From Sedimentisphaeraceae bacterium JB056 (GTDB lineage Bacteria > Planctomycetota > Phycisphaerae > Sedimentisphaerales > Sedimentisphaeraceae), in contig JBITAJ010000012.1 in NCBI GenBank assembly GCA_044440125.1, forward strand, positions 160,001-224,000: DNA of 64,000 nt, read 5' to 3'. How positions within the stretch are numbered: position 1 is the stretch's first letter; every line of letters begins with the position of its first letter. The translations under genes and the position numbers were made by a program. Shown here in pieces: positions 49,339 to 58,708 of the stretch. Under the pieces are notes generated by a model, which was not told the origin of the DNA, did no database searches, and saw only the letters and a list, made by a program, of their open reading frames with translations.

Positions 49339-50373
49339 ATGGCTCAAACATCTCGTGAGGTTGTTAGAAAAACGCTTAAATTTGACTGTCCGGATCGCAT
49401 TGCACGGCATACCTGGGTGTTGCCGTGGGCGACTGATAATTATAAAGAAGATATAAAGAGGCTTGCGACTGAATATCCCGATGATATTGTGACTGCGCCT
49501 AATGTCTACAATAAGTCATCTATAGTAAAGGGCGATCCCTATGAAATAGGTGTGTATATAGATGAGTGGGGCTGTGAATTTGAAAATATACATAAAGGGA
49601 TAATCGGCGAGGTTAAAAAGCCTGCTATCGAAGACCCTAAAGACCTTCCAGGTCTGCATTGCCCCTATGATATATTGCCGGAAAATAAGGAGCAGGCAAA
49701 GAAGAAAGTTAATGATTTTTGCGCATCAACAGATAAATTTGTTATGGCAGGCTGTTGCCCGAGACCATGGGAAAGGCTGCAGTTTCTTCGCGGCACAGTC
49801 AATGCCATGATGGATATAATGATGCCTGATAGCGGTGTGAAGGAGCTTATAAATGAAATCCACAAATTTTACATGGCAGAGCTTGAATTTTGGGTAGATA
49901 CCGATGTCGATGCCTTGATGTTTATGGATGACTGGGGTTCACAGACGAGCCTGCTTATTCCACCGCCGCTCTGGGAAGATATATTCAAGCCTCTATATAA
50001 GGATTATTGTGATATCGCACATAAGAACGGCAAATTCATAATGATGCATAGTGATGGCTGTATTACCGCTATATATCCTCATTTGATAGAAATAGGCGTT
50101 GATGCTGTTAATTCGCAGCTTTTCTGCATGGATATGGATGAGCTTGCTAAGATTGCCAAGGGGAAGATAACTTTCTGGGGTGAGATTGACAGGCAGCATG
50201 TAATGCCTTCGGACAATGTGCAGGATGCGATAGATGCGGTTGATAAAGTTGCTTCATTTCTTTACCAACCATCTGGCGGAGTTATAGCTCAATTTGAGGT
50301 TGGCCCCGGAACTAATATCGAGAACGCCTTTGCAGTACACAGAAGATGGCAGCAGATCGCTGAAAATAAATAA
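49339..50373 (+). CDS. Uroporphyrinogen decarboxylase / MtaA-CmuA methyltransferase-like family protein
   Basis: DEWGC, ERLQFLRG, FMDDWGSQ, MHSDG, FWGEIDRQ. Confidence 0.8.
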   Translation: MAQTSREVVRKTLKFDCPDRIARHTWVLPWATDNYKEDIKRLATEYPDDIVTAPNVYNKSSIVKGDPYEIGVYIDEWGCEFENIHKGIIGEVKKPAIEDPKDLPGLHCPYDILPENKEQAKKKVNDFCASTDKFVMAGCCPRPWERLQFLRGTVNAMMDIMMPDSGVKELINEIHKFYMAELEFWVDTDVDALMFMDDWGSQTSLLIPPPLWEDIFKPLYKDYCDIAHKNGKFIMMHSDGCITAIYPHLIEIGVDAVNSQLFCMDMDELAKIAKGKITFWGEIDRQHVMPSDNVQDAIDAVDKVASFLYQPSGGVIAQFEVGPGTNIENAFAVHRRWQQIAENK

Positions 50374-50398
50374 TTCTCCTGTTAACTTAAGTCTATTC

Positions 50399-50448
50399 AC
50401 ACCCTTTTGCCTTTTACTATTGAAAGTGAAACGGCAAAGGGGTGTTTT
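50399..50448 (+). terminator. Probable terminator hairpin
   Basis: ACACCCTTTTGCC...GGCAAAGGGGTGT followed by TTT. Confidence 0.6.
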
Positions 50449-50642
50449 ATTTGGTTGTTGGTTTCTTTTTTGTCATTTTATGTTATTCCATCCTTTAAGA
50501 CATTAAACAAGCGTATATCCTGTAACTATTTTCTTTTTTATTCTTTACTTATCAATTGGATTTGAGTATAAAAGTAATTAACTCATATTGCGGTCTTGTA
50601 CCGTCTGATGCATATATAGCCGATAGTTTGAAAGGAATGGTA

Positions 50643-51116
50643 ATGGAGAGTTTTCTTGAGTGGTTAAAGGAATTTGGCAAGCCTGAAATAATTTGGTTTA
50701 TAATCGGCCTTCTTCTGGTCATCCTCGAATTTGCCGTACCCGGCCTGATTGTCATATATTTTGGACTTGGCGCGATTTTAACTGCAATTTTATGTGTCAT
50801 CTTCAATATCTCGATTAATGTCCAGATCATCTTTTTTGTCCTGTTTTCCATTGCCTCACTTCTATTGACAAGACGATACCTCAAAAATATCTTTATCGGC
50901 ACAAATCGTGCGACTGATGATGGTATAGATACTGAAAATGAGTATGTGGGCAAAAAAGCTATCGTTGTCGTGCCTATCGATGCCGGCGGTGAAGGCAAGA
51001 TCGATTTTCAGGGTTCACACTGGAAAGCCACAAGTAAAGAATCCATAGAAGAGGGTTGCCGTGTTGTCATAACAGGTCACTGTAACCTCACTATGAGCGT
51101 AGAGAGAGAAAAATAA
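50643..51116 (+). CDS. NfeD-family (YbbJ-like) membrane protein
   Basis: WFIIGLLLVILE..PG, VGKKAIV, GKIDFQGSHWKA; directly upstream of an SPFH gene. Confidence 0.85.
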   Translation: MESFLEWLKEFGKPEIIWFIIGLLLVILEFAVPGLIVIYFGLGAILTAILCVIFNISINVQIIFFVLFSIASLLLTRRYLKNIFIGTNRATDDGIDTENEYVGKKAIVVVPIDAGGEGKIDFQGSHWKATSKESIEEGCRVVITGHCNLTMSVEREK

Positions 51117-51189
51117 GAGTAGGAAAGGCCTTTCAGCAAAGTCGTGAGGTCATTGAAATAAAATTATTGGTATCATAGGAGATCATATT

Positions 51190-52176
51190 ATGTTGTTAGC
51201 GGCAATAAATGCCTGGACAGTGATTCTGATTATCATAGTCCTTTTTGTTGTAGTGGCGTTCTTTAAGACGCTTACCATCGTACCTCAGAAACATGCTTAT
51301 ATCATCGAAAGGCTTGGAAAATATTCCGATTCACTTTCGGCCGGATTGCATATACTTGTTCCTTTCATTGATAAGGTGGCCTACAAGCATACAATGAAGG
51401 AGCAGGCAATCGATGTTCCGCCGCAATCTTGTATTACGATGGATAATATTACCGTTGAAGTTGACGGTGTGTTGTATCTGCGCGTTATTGATCCTGCAAA
51501 GGCATCTTACGGCATCGATAATTATCTCTTTGCTTCAATTCAGCTTGCACAGACAACTATGCGAAGTGTTATCGGTAAGCTTGAGCTTGATAAGACGTTT
51601 GTTGAGCGTGAGACGATAAACAGTGTTATCGTTGATGCTGTTGACAAGGCCTCGGATCCTTGGGGTGTTAAGGTTACTCGTTATGAGGTGAAGAATATAT
51701 CTCCTCCTCAGACTATTCGTGATGCGATGGAGAAGCAGATGAGAGCAGAACGTGAGAAGCGTGCTCTAATTGCCGAGTCTGAAGGTCAGCGACAAGCTAA
51801 GATCAACCGTGCTCAGGGTCTTAAGCAGGAAGCTATCGCAAAGAGTGAAGGTGAGAAGATGAAGCGTGTTAATGAGGCAGACGGTCGTGCCGCGGAAATC
51901 GAAAGAGTGGCTACTGCTACTGCTCAGGGTATTCGTGAGATTTCTAAAGCTATCAATGAGCCGGGTGGTAAAGATGCTGTTAACCTCAGAATTGCTGAGC
52001 AGTATATAACTGAGTTTGGTAACCTTGCAAAAGAGAATAACACTATGATTATTCCGAGTGATCTGGCCGATGTCGCAGGCTTTATAAAGACTGCTGCATC
52101 AGTAATAAAGCTGAACGATCCGCAATCCGCTAAATCTGTTGACTCGAAGCCAACACACAAGCATATGTCAGAATGA
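51190..52176 (+). CDS. SPFH/band-7 stomatin-like protein (QmcA/paraslipin type)
   Basis: IERLGKY, ITMDNITVEVDG, LAQTTMRSVIG, WGVKVTRYE, AMEKQMRAEREKRA. Confidence 0.92.
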   Translation: MLLAAINAWTVILIIIVLFVVVAFFKTLTIVPQKHAYIIERLGKYSDSLSAGLHILVPFIDKVAYKHTMKEQAIDVPPQSCITMDNITVEVDGVLYLRVIDPAKASYGIDNYLFASIQLAQTTMRSVIGKLELDKTFVERETINSVIVDAVDKASDPWGVKVTRYEVKNISPPQTIRDAMEKQMRAEREKRALIAESEGQRQAKINRAQGLKQEAIAKSEGEKMKRVNEADGRAAEIERVATATAQGIREISKAINEPGGKDAVNLRIAEQYITEFGNLAKENNTMIIPSDLADVAGFIKTAASVIKLNDPQSAKSVDSKPTHKHMSE

Positions 52177-52218
52177 GGATTTAGGTTAGTTTTTAATTAG
52201 TATTTTCAGGAGGTCTTT

Positions 52219-52611
52219 ATGAATTATTCAGAAACAACTTTTTCAGCTACTTTTGTTATATTATTCGCTTTATTTGCGGTAATATGGATAATTTCGACAT
52301 GGAAGATATTTGAAAAAGCAGGCGAACCGGGTTGGGCATGCATTGTACCTTTCTATAACCTTTGGGTATGGTGTAAAGTGGCAGGTTTACCTGGCTGGGC
52401 ATTTATCGGTTTTTTAATACCTTATGTAAGCGCTGTTATGGGCCTTATAGTGACGATATTGATGGCTAAGAATTTTGGCAAAGGCATTGGATTTATGCTT
52501 GGTCTGATCTTTCTGCCGTTTATATTCTTTCTGATATTGGCATTTGGTGATAGTGAATACACCGGCGGGCTTCCTCAGAGTCAGCCTTATCAGCCACAGG
52601 ATCAATTCTAA
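52219..52611 (+). CDS. Small membrane protein, DUF5684-like
   Basis: WKIFEKAGEPGWACIVPFYN, AKNFGKG, LAFGDSEY. Confidence 0.75.
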   Translation: MNYSETTFSATFVILFALFAVIWIISTWKIFEKAGEPGWACIVPFYNLWVWCKVAGLPGWAFIGFLIPYVSAVMGLIVTILMAKNFGKGIGFMLGLIFLPFIFFLILAFGDSEYTGGLPQSQPYQPQDQF

Positions 52612-52636
52612 TTTGAATTCTATTTATGATTTACAT

Positions 52637-52670
52637 AAAGGGGTGTTCCGTAATGGTGCATCCCTTTTTT
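52637..52670. terminator. Probable bidirectional terminator
   Basis: AAAGGGGTG...CATCCCTTTTTT between convergent genes. Confidence 0.55.
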
Positions 52671-52684
52671 ATTTTTTTGAGAGA

Positions 52685-53386
52685 TTAGTTTCTTTTCCGT
52701 CTCATCAATACCATTATGCTTCCCAAGGCGAATACTCCTATAGTAGCAGGTTCGGGAACAACGTAATAAGAATCATTTGCGTATGTCGGATCAGGTGAAC
52801 CTAAATTAGTGCCATTATTGTTGGCGAAATCTTCGATGCATTCGTACCTAAAGGTTTCACCATTAAGATTGCTCACACGATATATGCAGTTGTTTATTGC
52901 AAAGAATCCATCATGCTCATATTCAGGCTGCGTTCCTATTAATACAAAATTGCGATTGTTGATTACATCGTCGATAGTTTTGTATTGCCATATTTTACCG
53001 TCACGAAGTCCAATTCGATATATACCTGGACCGAAAGTGAACCATTCAGCAGCAATAAAATCGGGTTCATCACCTCTAAGTAGACGTAAGTTGGTATTAT
53101 CCATGAAATCTTTAGGAGAATTATATGAATAAAGGTACCCCGCACTGGTTGTACGATAAACTTTACCGTCAAAATAGAACCAGCCGTCATCTGAATATGT
53201 ACTTGAAGGCGCCGGTTGGAAATAACTTTGCGTATCATTCGCAAAGTTTTCCATACTGTCGTAAGTAATTATATTTCCGCCGTTTGTGATGCGATAAACA
53301 ACCGCATTTTTGTACGCAACGGCACCGCACAGGGCTGATGCCAGGCCTAAAACGAGGCATAACCCGACCGCAATACTTTTGGCCAT
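52685..53386 (-). CDS. PEP-CTERM surface protein with four internal ~45-aa repeats
   Basis: Start MAKSIAV after GGAG; signal peptide; four [VI]YR...Y..F..N repeats; VPEPATI...RRKRN. Confidence 0.85.
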   Translation of the reverse strand: MAKSIAVGLCLVLGLASALCGAVAYKNAVVYRITNGGNIITYDSMENFANDTQSYFQPAPSSTYSDDGWFYFDGKVYRTTSAGYLYSYNSPKDFMDNTNLRLLRGDEPDFIAAEWFTFGPGIYRIGLRDGKIWQYKTIDDVINNRNFVLIGTQPEYEHDGFFAINNCIYRVSNLNGETFRYECIEDFANNNGTNLGSPDPTYANDSYYVVPEPATIGVFALGSIMVLMRRKRN

Positions 53387-53440
53387 AGTTATACTCCAAT
53401 AAAATGACACAAAAATCCACACTTTATGTTCCGCACTACC

Positions 53441-53469
53441 AGAGTAGCACTTTTGTGGTGAAATGTCAA
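53441..53469 (-). promoter_or_regulatory. Candidate sigma70 promoter
   Basis: Minus strand TTGACA-17 bp-TACTCT with a TGn extension. Confidence 0.55.
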
Positions 53470-53617
53470 CTAAATACTGAACTATAAAAAAACAGCAAGA
53501 TGATGTTTTTCTGCCTAAAAGTATATTCGGCTATGTTATTTCTGTTTTAGGAATCTGTTGTGAAGTTGTTTATGTAATGAAAGAAAACTGTGTTGGCAAA
53601 ATATATTTTGTGGTGTT

Positions 53618-54658
53618 TTATTTCTCTACCGGTTGCTTTTCGAGGAAGGCGTCTATTCTATTTTTGACGTTCTCTTTGATATTGTCATACCAGAATGCAT
53701 AATCATAGCGGTGGTAAACCTGTTTTGGCCAGCGTCCCATATTAACAAGGTCGATTTTTTCTGATTTCGGCGTTTGGATATCTGTGGCTATCAATGCGCC
53801 GGTATCGGTATTGATGTAGGCTCCTGCAAAATTATCAATTGTTTCGATAAGCTCGCCTGTAGCATCATTGAAAAACCTTGCCTTGATATCATTGTCTCTG
53901 GTCGCCGGCGTAGAATCTGTTTTCCAGTTCAGCGGGTTGATTGCTACAGCACCATCAAGCAGTACCGGTGAACCGGCGGCCTCGGGGCCTTGAGTATTGA
54001 ATGTTATTATTACACCCGTATCAGTCTCACCACTGGCAAGCTTTATCCATGGGTATGTTTTCAGATCTTTCTTTGTTACTGAAAAACCTATCGGATACGC
54101 GGCTATCATGCGTTTCTGAAGCTCTGGGTTGTTGAGTCGCTTGCGAAGAAGTTCTATCACAACCATGCTTCCCTGACTGTGGCCGGCAATAATGAACGGT
54201 CTGCCGTTGTTGAGATTTTTGATATAATAGTCGAAAGCTCTTTCCACATCACCATAACCGGTTTGGAATAGTGGGTCGATAAATGCATTGCGTCCGCCGT
54301 TATTGGGCTCCATGCTTTGAGTCGCAGCAGTCTGCTGACGATAAAATGGAGCAAACAGGTTTGCGTGCGGCGAATATACACCTGCCTGAGCAGTGAGCAG
54401 TCCTTTGGCATTTGCGCGAAGTGCAGGGTTGTTTGTATCCATATTCTGCGGCTCTTTGCCTACGTAAATCGTTGGATACACATAAAATACATCGACTGCC
54501 TTTTCTATTGTTTCAGGCTTGGCAACCCATGATGAATCAGCATTGTAATCCGGTGCTGCCGGAGTTTCTAACGTATTATTAGCCTCTTTTTTGACATCAT
54601 CACAACCGCTCATAATAAAAATCCCCGCTACAATAATAAACAATCTGAAAATCTTCAT
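53618..54658 (-). CDS. DUF3089-type alpha/beta-hydrolase lipoprotein
   Basis: Lipobox MSGC; DVFYVYPT, FAPFYRQ, GRPFIIAGHSQG, NPLNW, YHRYDY. Confidence 0.85.
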   Translation of the reverse strand: MKIFRLFIIVAGIFIMSGCDDVKKEANNTLETPAAPDYNADSSWVAKPETIEKAVDVFYVYPTIYVGKEPQNMDTNNPALRANAKGLLTAQAGVYSPHANLFAPFYRQQTAATQSMEPNNGGRNAFIDPLFQTGYGDVERAFDYYIKNLNNGRPFIIAGHSQGSMVVIELLRKRLNNPELQKRMIAAYPIGFSVTKKDLKTYPWIKLASGETDTGVIITFNTQGPEAAGSPVLLDGAVAINPLNWKTDSTPATRDNDIKARFFNDATGELIETIDNFAGAYINTDTGALIATDIQTPKSEKIDLVNMGRWPKQVYHRYDYAFWYDNIKENVKNRIDAFLEKQPVEK

Positions 54659-55536
54659 TCCAATAACCCTTTCTTTGCAATTATTAAATTCATAACATTT
54701 AATATCAAAACATTATCATACCAAATTAAACCACCATTGCAACATTATTGGTAAAGCCTGCGCGTTTGTGTTTTTTTTTATAGGCATAAGGCAGGAGGCA
54801 ATAGGTCAGTTGTCAGTAATCAGTGATAAATAGTGAGTGATTTGGTAAGTTGTTGGAGAAGAATGGTTTATGGTATTAAAAGTATGAAACGTGTGAAGGG
54901 TGCTAAAGGATAAAGTGGGATTTTTTTTATTTTTTAGAATTGGCGGTAGTCTTTGGGTGATTTTGTGCGAAAATGCAAGCAACCTGCACACTTGGTTTGT
55001 CTTGAATAGCAAGATAGTATAACTTTTTTTGCCCCGAATTTAACCAAAACTGGTCTCAAATGCGTCCAAACGCGCGCTTTTTGCTCTTTTTTCAACGATT
55101 TTTGATCAATTTCAGGGTAAAAAAGGGGAAAGTCTCACGTGACCGGGAAAGGATTAACGCAAAGACGCTAAGGAGTATATTTTAACCATGAAGGGAAGAA
55201 GATATTGAAGGTTGATAATTTATAGTTTTGGAAATTTTCCGTTTCATAATTGTTGGTGAAGATTGTTTGCAGTGGGGGATTTCTTTCTTGTATAATTCTC
55301 ATCGGAGAATATTATAGTTTAGTATGATTACGGTAATAAAACTTTTGGCAGCTTTGATAATCTTGACTATACACTGGTAGATATCGTTGTAAGTTATTGT
55401 AAATGAGGGGGGGTAGTGATTAAAAAAAGAAACCTTTTCTACAGAGCATCTCTGACCTCTTTAACTCTCTCTCAGAAAAATAATAAATAGGCTTTTGATC
55501 TTATGGGTACTATGTAAATTATGAACATGATGCGGA

Positions 55537-55797
55537 ATGGTTATTAATTTAAACAAGAATATATTGTTATTAATCGTTAGTGTATTAACTATTATTGCTG
55601 TTGTTTTTAGTTTGGCCGGATTCGCTGACCAGGCAGAAGCAGTTAAAGCTCAACGAGATGTTTTGCTTGTCTCAGTACTGAACTTACTGATATTGGTTTT
55701 TAACATTCAACGGGGAAAAATGGCGTTTAAAGTTATTAGTGGCGTTCTGGTCTTAATAAATCTATTATTGATAGTTTATGGAATATTTACTATATAG
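55537..55797 (+). CDS. Small hydrophobic protein (three TM-like segments), possible orphan immunity protein
   Basis: 86-aa AT-rich ORF next to an Rhs fragment. Confidence 0.45.
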   Translation: MVINLNKNILLLIVSVLTIIAVVFSLAGFADQAEAVKAQRDVLLVSVLNLLILVFNIQRGKMAFKVISGVLVLINLLLIVYGIFTI

Positions 55798-55819
55798 ATT
55801 TGTCAAGGTGTATAAGGCA

Positions 55820-56263
55820 ATGAATTTTGGCCGTGAGGTCAGCTATGAGTATACAACGGGCGGAAGACGCAGCAAGCTGACATGGCTAGATGGCTTCTAT
55901 GTTACCTATGGATACGATGCTTATGGTAGACTCAATGCTGTTTACAATAGCAACAGCAGCGTACTTTGGTCGTGCAGCTATGATGCCGCCGGTCGCCGTA
56001 CTCAAACAACGGGTGTATATGGGCTGACAACCACCTATGATTATGAGGATGTATCAAGTACCGTTGAAGATGAACGGGAAATTTATCTTGATGGGCTGAG
56101 TGGATATTCGGGTGTGAGATTTTTTGGAAATCTTGACTCTTTAGTTGATCATGGTGGGCTTGATGATCCAGAAAGTATTAGGGATATCAATCGTGGTGCA
56201 AGGGATGCCGCAAGAGATATTTTAACTATAGGTGGGATATTAAGAAGATCGATAGGTTATTGA
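55820..56263 (+). pseudogene. Rhs/YD-repeat gene fragment
   Basis: YEYTTGGRR, YGYDAYGRL, SYDAAGRR and TYDY repeats, then an unrelated tail; far too short for an Rhs protein. Confidence 0.7.
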
Positions 56264-56270
56264 GAGGTAT

Positions 56271-56975
56271 ATGATGAAAAAAGTTATAATATTATTATTT
56301 TTGTCAGTGATTTTTATTATATTGACTATTGGATTTAAGTTTGTATATCATCCAATTCTACTTTTAGTTGGCTTTCTAACTGGAATAATAAACATCTATT
56401 TCTCCATTAGATTGCTTGTGAAAAAAAACGACAATAAAAGAGCTATATTGTTATCAGTAGCGGCTGTTTTATGGGGAGTTGTCTGTCTGTTTGGTATATT
56501 GTCAGTAAGCAGAAGTGGCGTAAGATTTGTGTTGAAGAAATACATACTTGATACTTATGATCAGGAACGTATATATTTTGTTTTTGAAGATTATATTAAG
56601 AGAGATTGTGGTGGATATGTGAATCTATCTGATAACTGGCGAAGTGTTCTTTCTAAAAGGGATTGGTATGTTAGGCCAAGCACATTTAATCTTTCTGAAA
56701 AAGGTCGTTCATGGATTACATTAAACAAAGGTCTCATAGGGAAAAATATTAATGAATTGCCTGATGATATAGTTCTGTTTTTTGAGATGGATGACGGGAA
56801 TTTGGCTATTGCTTCTAAAGAAGATTTTTTATCACAAGATTGGGAATCAGATCAGGGGCGACTTATTATACTTGCAAACGGCAGAAGCTCTAAATATTAT
56901 AAATTAAGAGGTGGTTTTCAGTTTTTTAATACAGAAACGCAGAAAGTTGGCTATAAAGCATTAAAGTGGGAATGA
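56271..56975 (+). CDS. Membrane-anchored hypothetical protein, possible immunity protein
   Basis: GAGG RBS, 7 bp after the Rhs fragment; three N-terminal hydrophobic segments; AT-rich. Confidence 0.6.
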   Translation: MMKKVIILLFLSVIFIILTIGFKFVYHPILLLVGFLTGIINIYFSIRLLVKKNDNKRAILLSVAAVLWGVVCLFGILSVSRSGVRFVLKKYILDTYDQERIYFVFEDYIKRDCGGYVNLSDNWRSVLSKRDWYVRPSTFNLSEKGRSWITLNKGLIGKNINELPDDIVLFFEMDDGNLAIASKEDFLSQDWESDQGRLIILANGRSSKYYKLRGGFQFFNTETQKVGYKALKWE

Positions 56976-56991
56976 TGGTAAATAGTTTGGT

Positions 56992-57017
56992 GGAACGTCG
57001 GGGACGACGTTCCCTAC
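56992..57017 (-). repeat. GTAG-type REP palindrome
   Basis: Minus strand GTAG-GGAACGTCG-tccc-CGACGTTCC; partial copy CGTTCCCTA follows at about 57023. Confidence 0.7.
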
Positions 57018-57135
57018 GGTACCGTTCCCTATCATATATGATATACACCTGTTATGATGTGTGCAGAACATTGTGGACGAATTGTTATTAATTTTGTATA
57101 ATCTTGCGATTGATATTATTAAAACAGGTTTTTTG

Positions 57136-57666
57136 ATGAGTTACAGCGACGACTGGTTATACGAAAAGAATAAGGACAATTCTGCGAGATATATTCTTGG
57201 TCAGAAAGGCTTGCGGCCATTGGTTTGTGTTGGTATCAATCCCAGCACTGCCGTGCCGAACGATCTCGACCGTACCTTGACTAATGTGAGGCGTTTTTCG
57301 CAAATACACGGCTATGACGGCTGGTTGATGCTCAATGTTTATCCGCAGCGTTCGACCGATCCCAACGGTCTTGACAGTGATATCAACAGTAAAGAGCATA
57401 CATTGAATGTGAAATATATCGCTGAATATCTGGCGAAATATAAATCCGTTGATGTATGGGGAGCCTGGGGTACGTTGATTGAGAAGCGGAAGTATCTTCC
57501 TGAGGTTCTCAGGGATATTGTTGATGCGATTGATCGCAAAGGTGTGAGGTGGGTGCGAATTGGCAAGCTGAGCAAGAAAGGCCATCCTCATCATCCCCTG
57601 TATCTTTCGCACAAATCAACAGTTGAGCATTTTGATATAGATAACTACTTGGAAAGTTTTTCCTGA
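57136..57666 (+). CDS. DUF1643-family protein
   Basis: RYIL, GINPSTA..DRT, LNVYPQRSTDP, AWG, GHPHHPLY. Confidence 0.85.
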   Translation: MSYSDDWLYEKNKDNSARYILGQKGLRPLVCVGINPSTAVPNDLDRTLTNVRRFSQIHGYDGWLMLNVYPQRSTDPNGLDSDINSKEHTLNVKYIAEYLAKYKSVDVWGAWGTLIEKRKYLPEVLRDIVDAIDRKGVRWVRIGKLSKKGHPHHPLYLSHKSTVEHFDIDNYLESFS

Positions 57667-57691
57667 ATTATTTCAGTTGCTGAATAAAGTA

Positions 57692-57726
57692 AAACAGGGG
57701 TACCCGGGGTGTGGGTATCCCTGTTT
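57692..57726. terminator. Bidirectional terminator
   Basis: AAACAGGGGTACCC...GGGTATCCCTGTTT between convergent genes. Confidence 0.7.
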
Positions 57727-57760
57727 AAAAGGGGAAAAGGGATATTAATAAAGAATCTGT

Positions 57761-58702
57761 TTATCTGAAAACAGATTCAAATTTTTCTTTTATTTCATCT
57801 TTGTCGAGCTGCCATGCAATAACGACAAATGCCGTCTTATCAAGCCTGCCGCAGCTTTCACCTCTGAGTATCTCGCCAGCAACTACTTCAAAATATTGGC
57901 TGCCATTGCCGAAATCGATATTGCCTTTGAGTCTGAGCAGTTTTTCTCCAAGCTCCTCAATAAGAGCCAGAAGTGCATCTTCATCAACGCTTGCCTGTTC
58001 ATTGAAGGAGAGCGAGAATATCGGCTCCGGTGCGCATTCAAGTGCATCGCCGTCACGCAGCGTATGCTTAATCTGATCAAGGAAATCAGGGTCAAAGTCT
58101 CCTTTTTCTGCCGTGATTATGTCTGCCTGCTGATTGTAGTCAGCGGCTACAGCCTTAAGTCTCTCCACCTCATCGTTGCTGACAAGGTCAGTTTTATTTA
58201 TTATAACGCAGTCGGCCCAGCGGAGCTGAGAAGTAACCGGTTTGAAGTAGGGGGCTGTTTTGGTGAAATTTACAGCATCAAGGATGCATAAATTGGCCTT
58301 CATCTTAAATTTACCCTTTAAGTGAGGCTCCTTGATAAAACTTTCGATGTCGCGTGTCTCGGCTATCCCGGTTGCTTCAATAATGAGCAGATCCGGTTTA
58401 ACATTTTCCGAGATGTCGGTAAGATATTTCACAAAATCTGTCTTCGTGCAAATACAGAAGATGCTTCCTCTGTTTATTTCGTACTTCGGATAGTTTCCCG
58501 GTTCAACAAGCTTGCCGTCAACTCCAACTGTACCAAATTCATTGATTATCAGAGCAACGTTCTTATCTTTTACCCACTCTGTTTTCAAGAGTGCGTTAAG
58601 AGTGGTCGTTTTTCCTGAACCGAGATATCCTGTGAATGTTATTACCGGTATTGCCATAGTTTTATAAACGGCGGCAGGTATAAGACCGGCCGCCGTATCC
58701 AT
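57761..58702 (-). CDS. CobW/COG0523-family P-loop GTPase (metallochaperone); start may be 58657
   Basis: TGYLGSGKTT, INEFG..GVDG, GSIFCIC, IEATG, INKTD, LLRLKG. Confidence 0.88.
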   Translation of the reverse strand: MDTAAGLIPAAVYKTMAIPVITFTGYLGSGKTTTLNALLKTEWVKDKNVALIINEFGTVGVDGKLVEPGNYPKYEINRGSIFCICTKTDFVKYLTDISENVKPDLLIIEATGIAETRDIESFIKEPHLKGKFKMKANLCILDAVNFTKTAPYFKPVTSQLRWADCVIINKTDLVSNDEVERLKAVAADYNQQADIITAEKGDFDPDFLDQIKHTLRDGDALECAPEPIFSLSFNEQASVDEDALLALIEELGEKLLRLKGNIDFGNGSQYFEVVAGEILRGESCGRLDKTAFVVIAWQLDKDEIKEKFESVFR

Positions 58703-58708
58703 TAATGA

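Noticed and set aside
50552..50998. 148-aa minus-strand ORF
   Set aside because: Antisense shadow of the NfeD gene.
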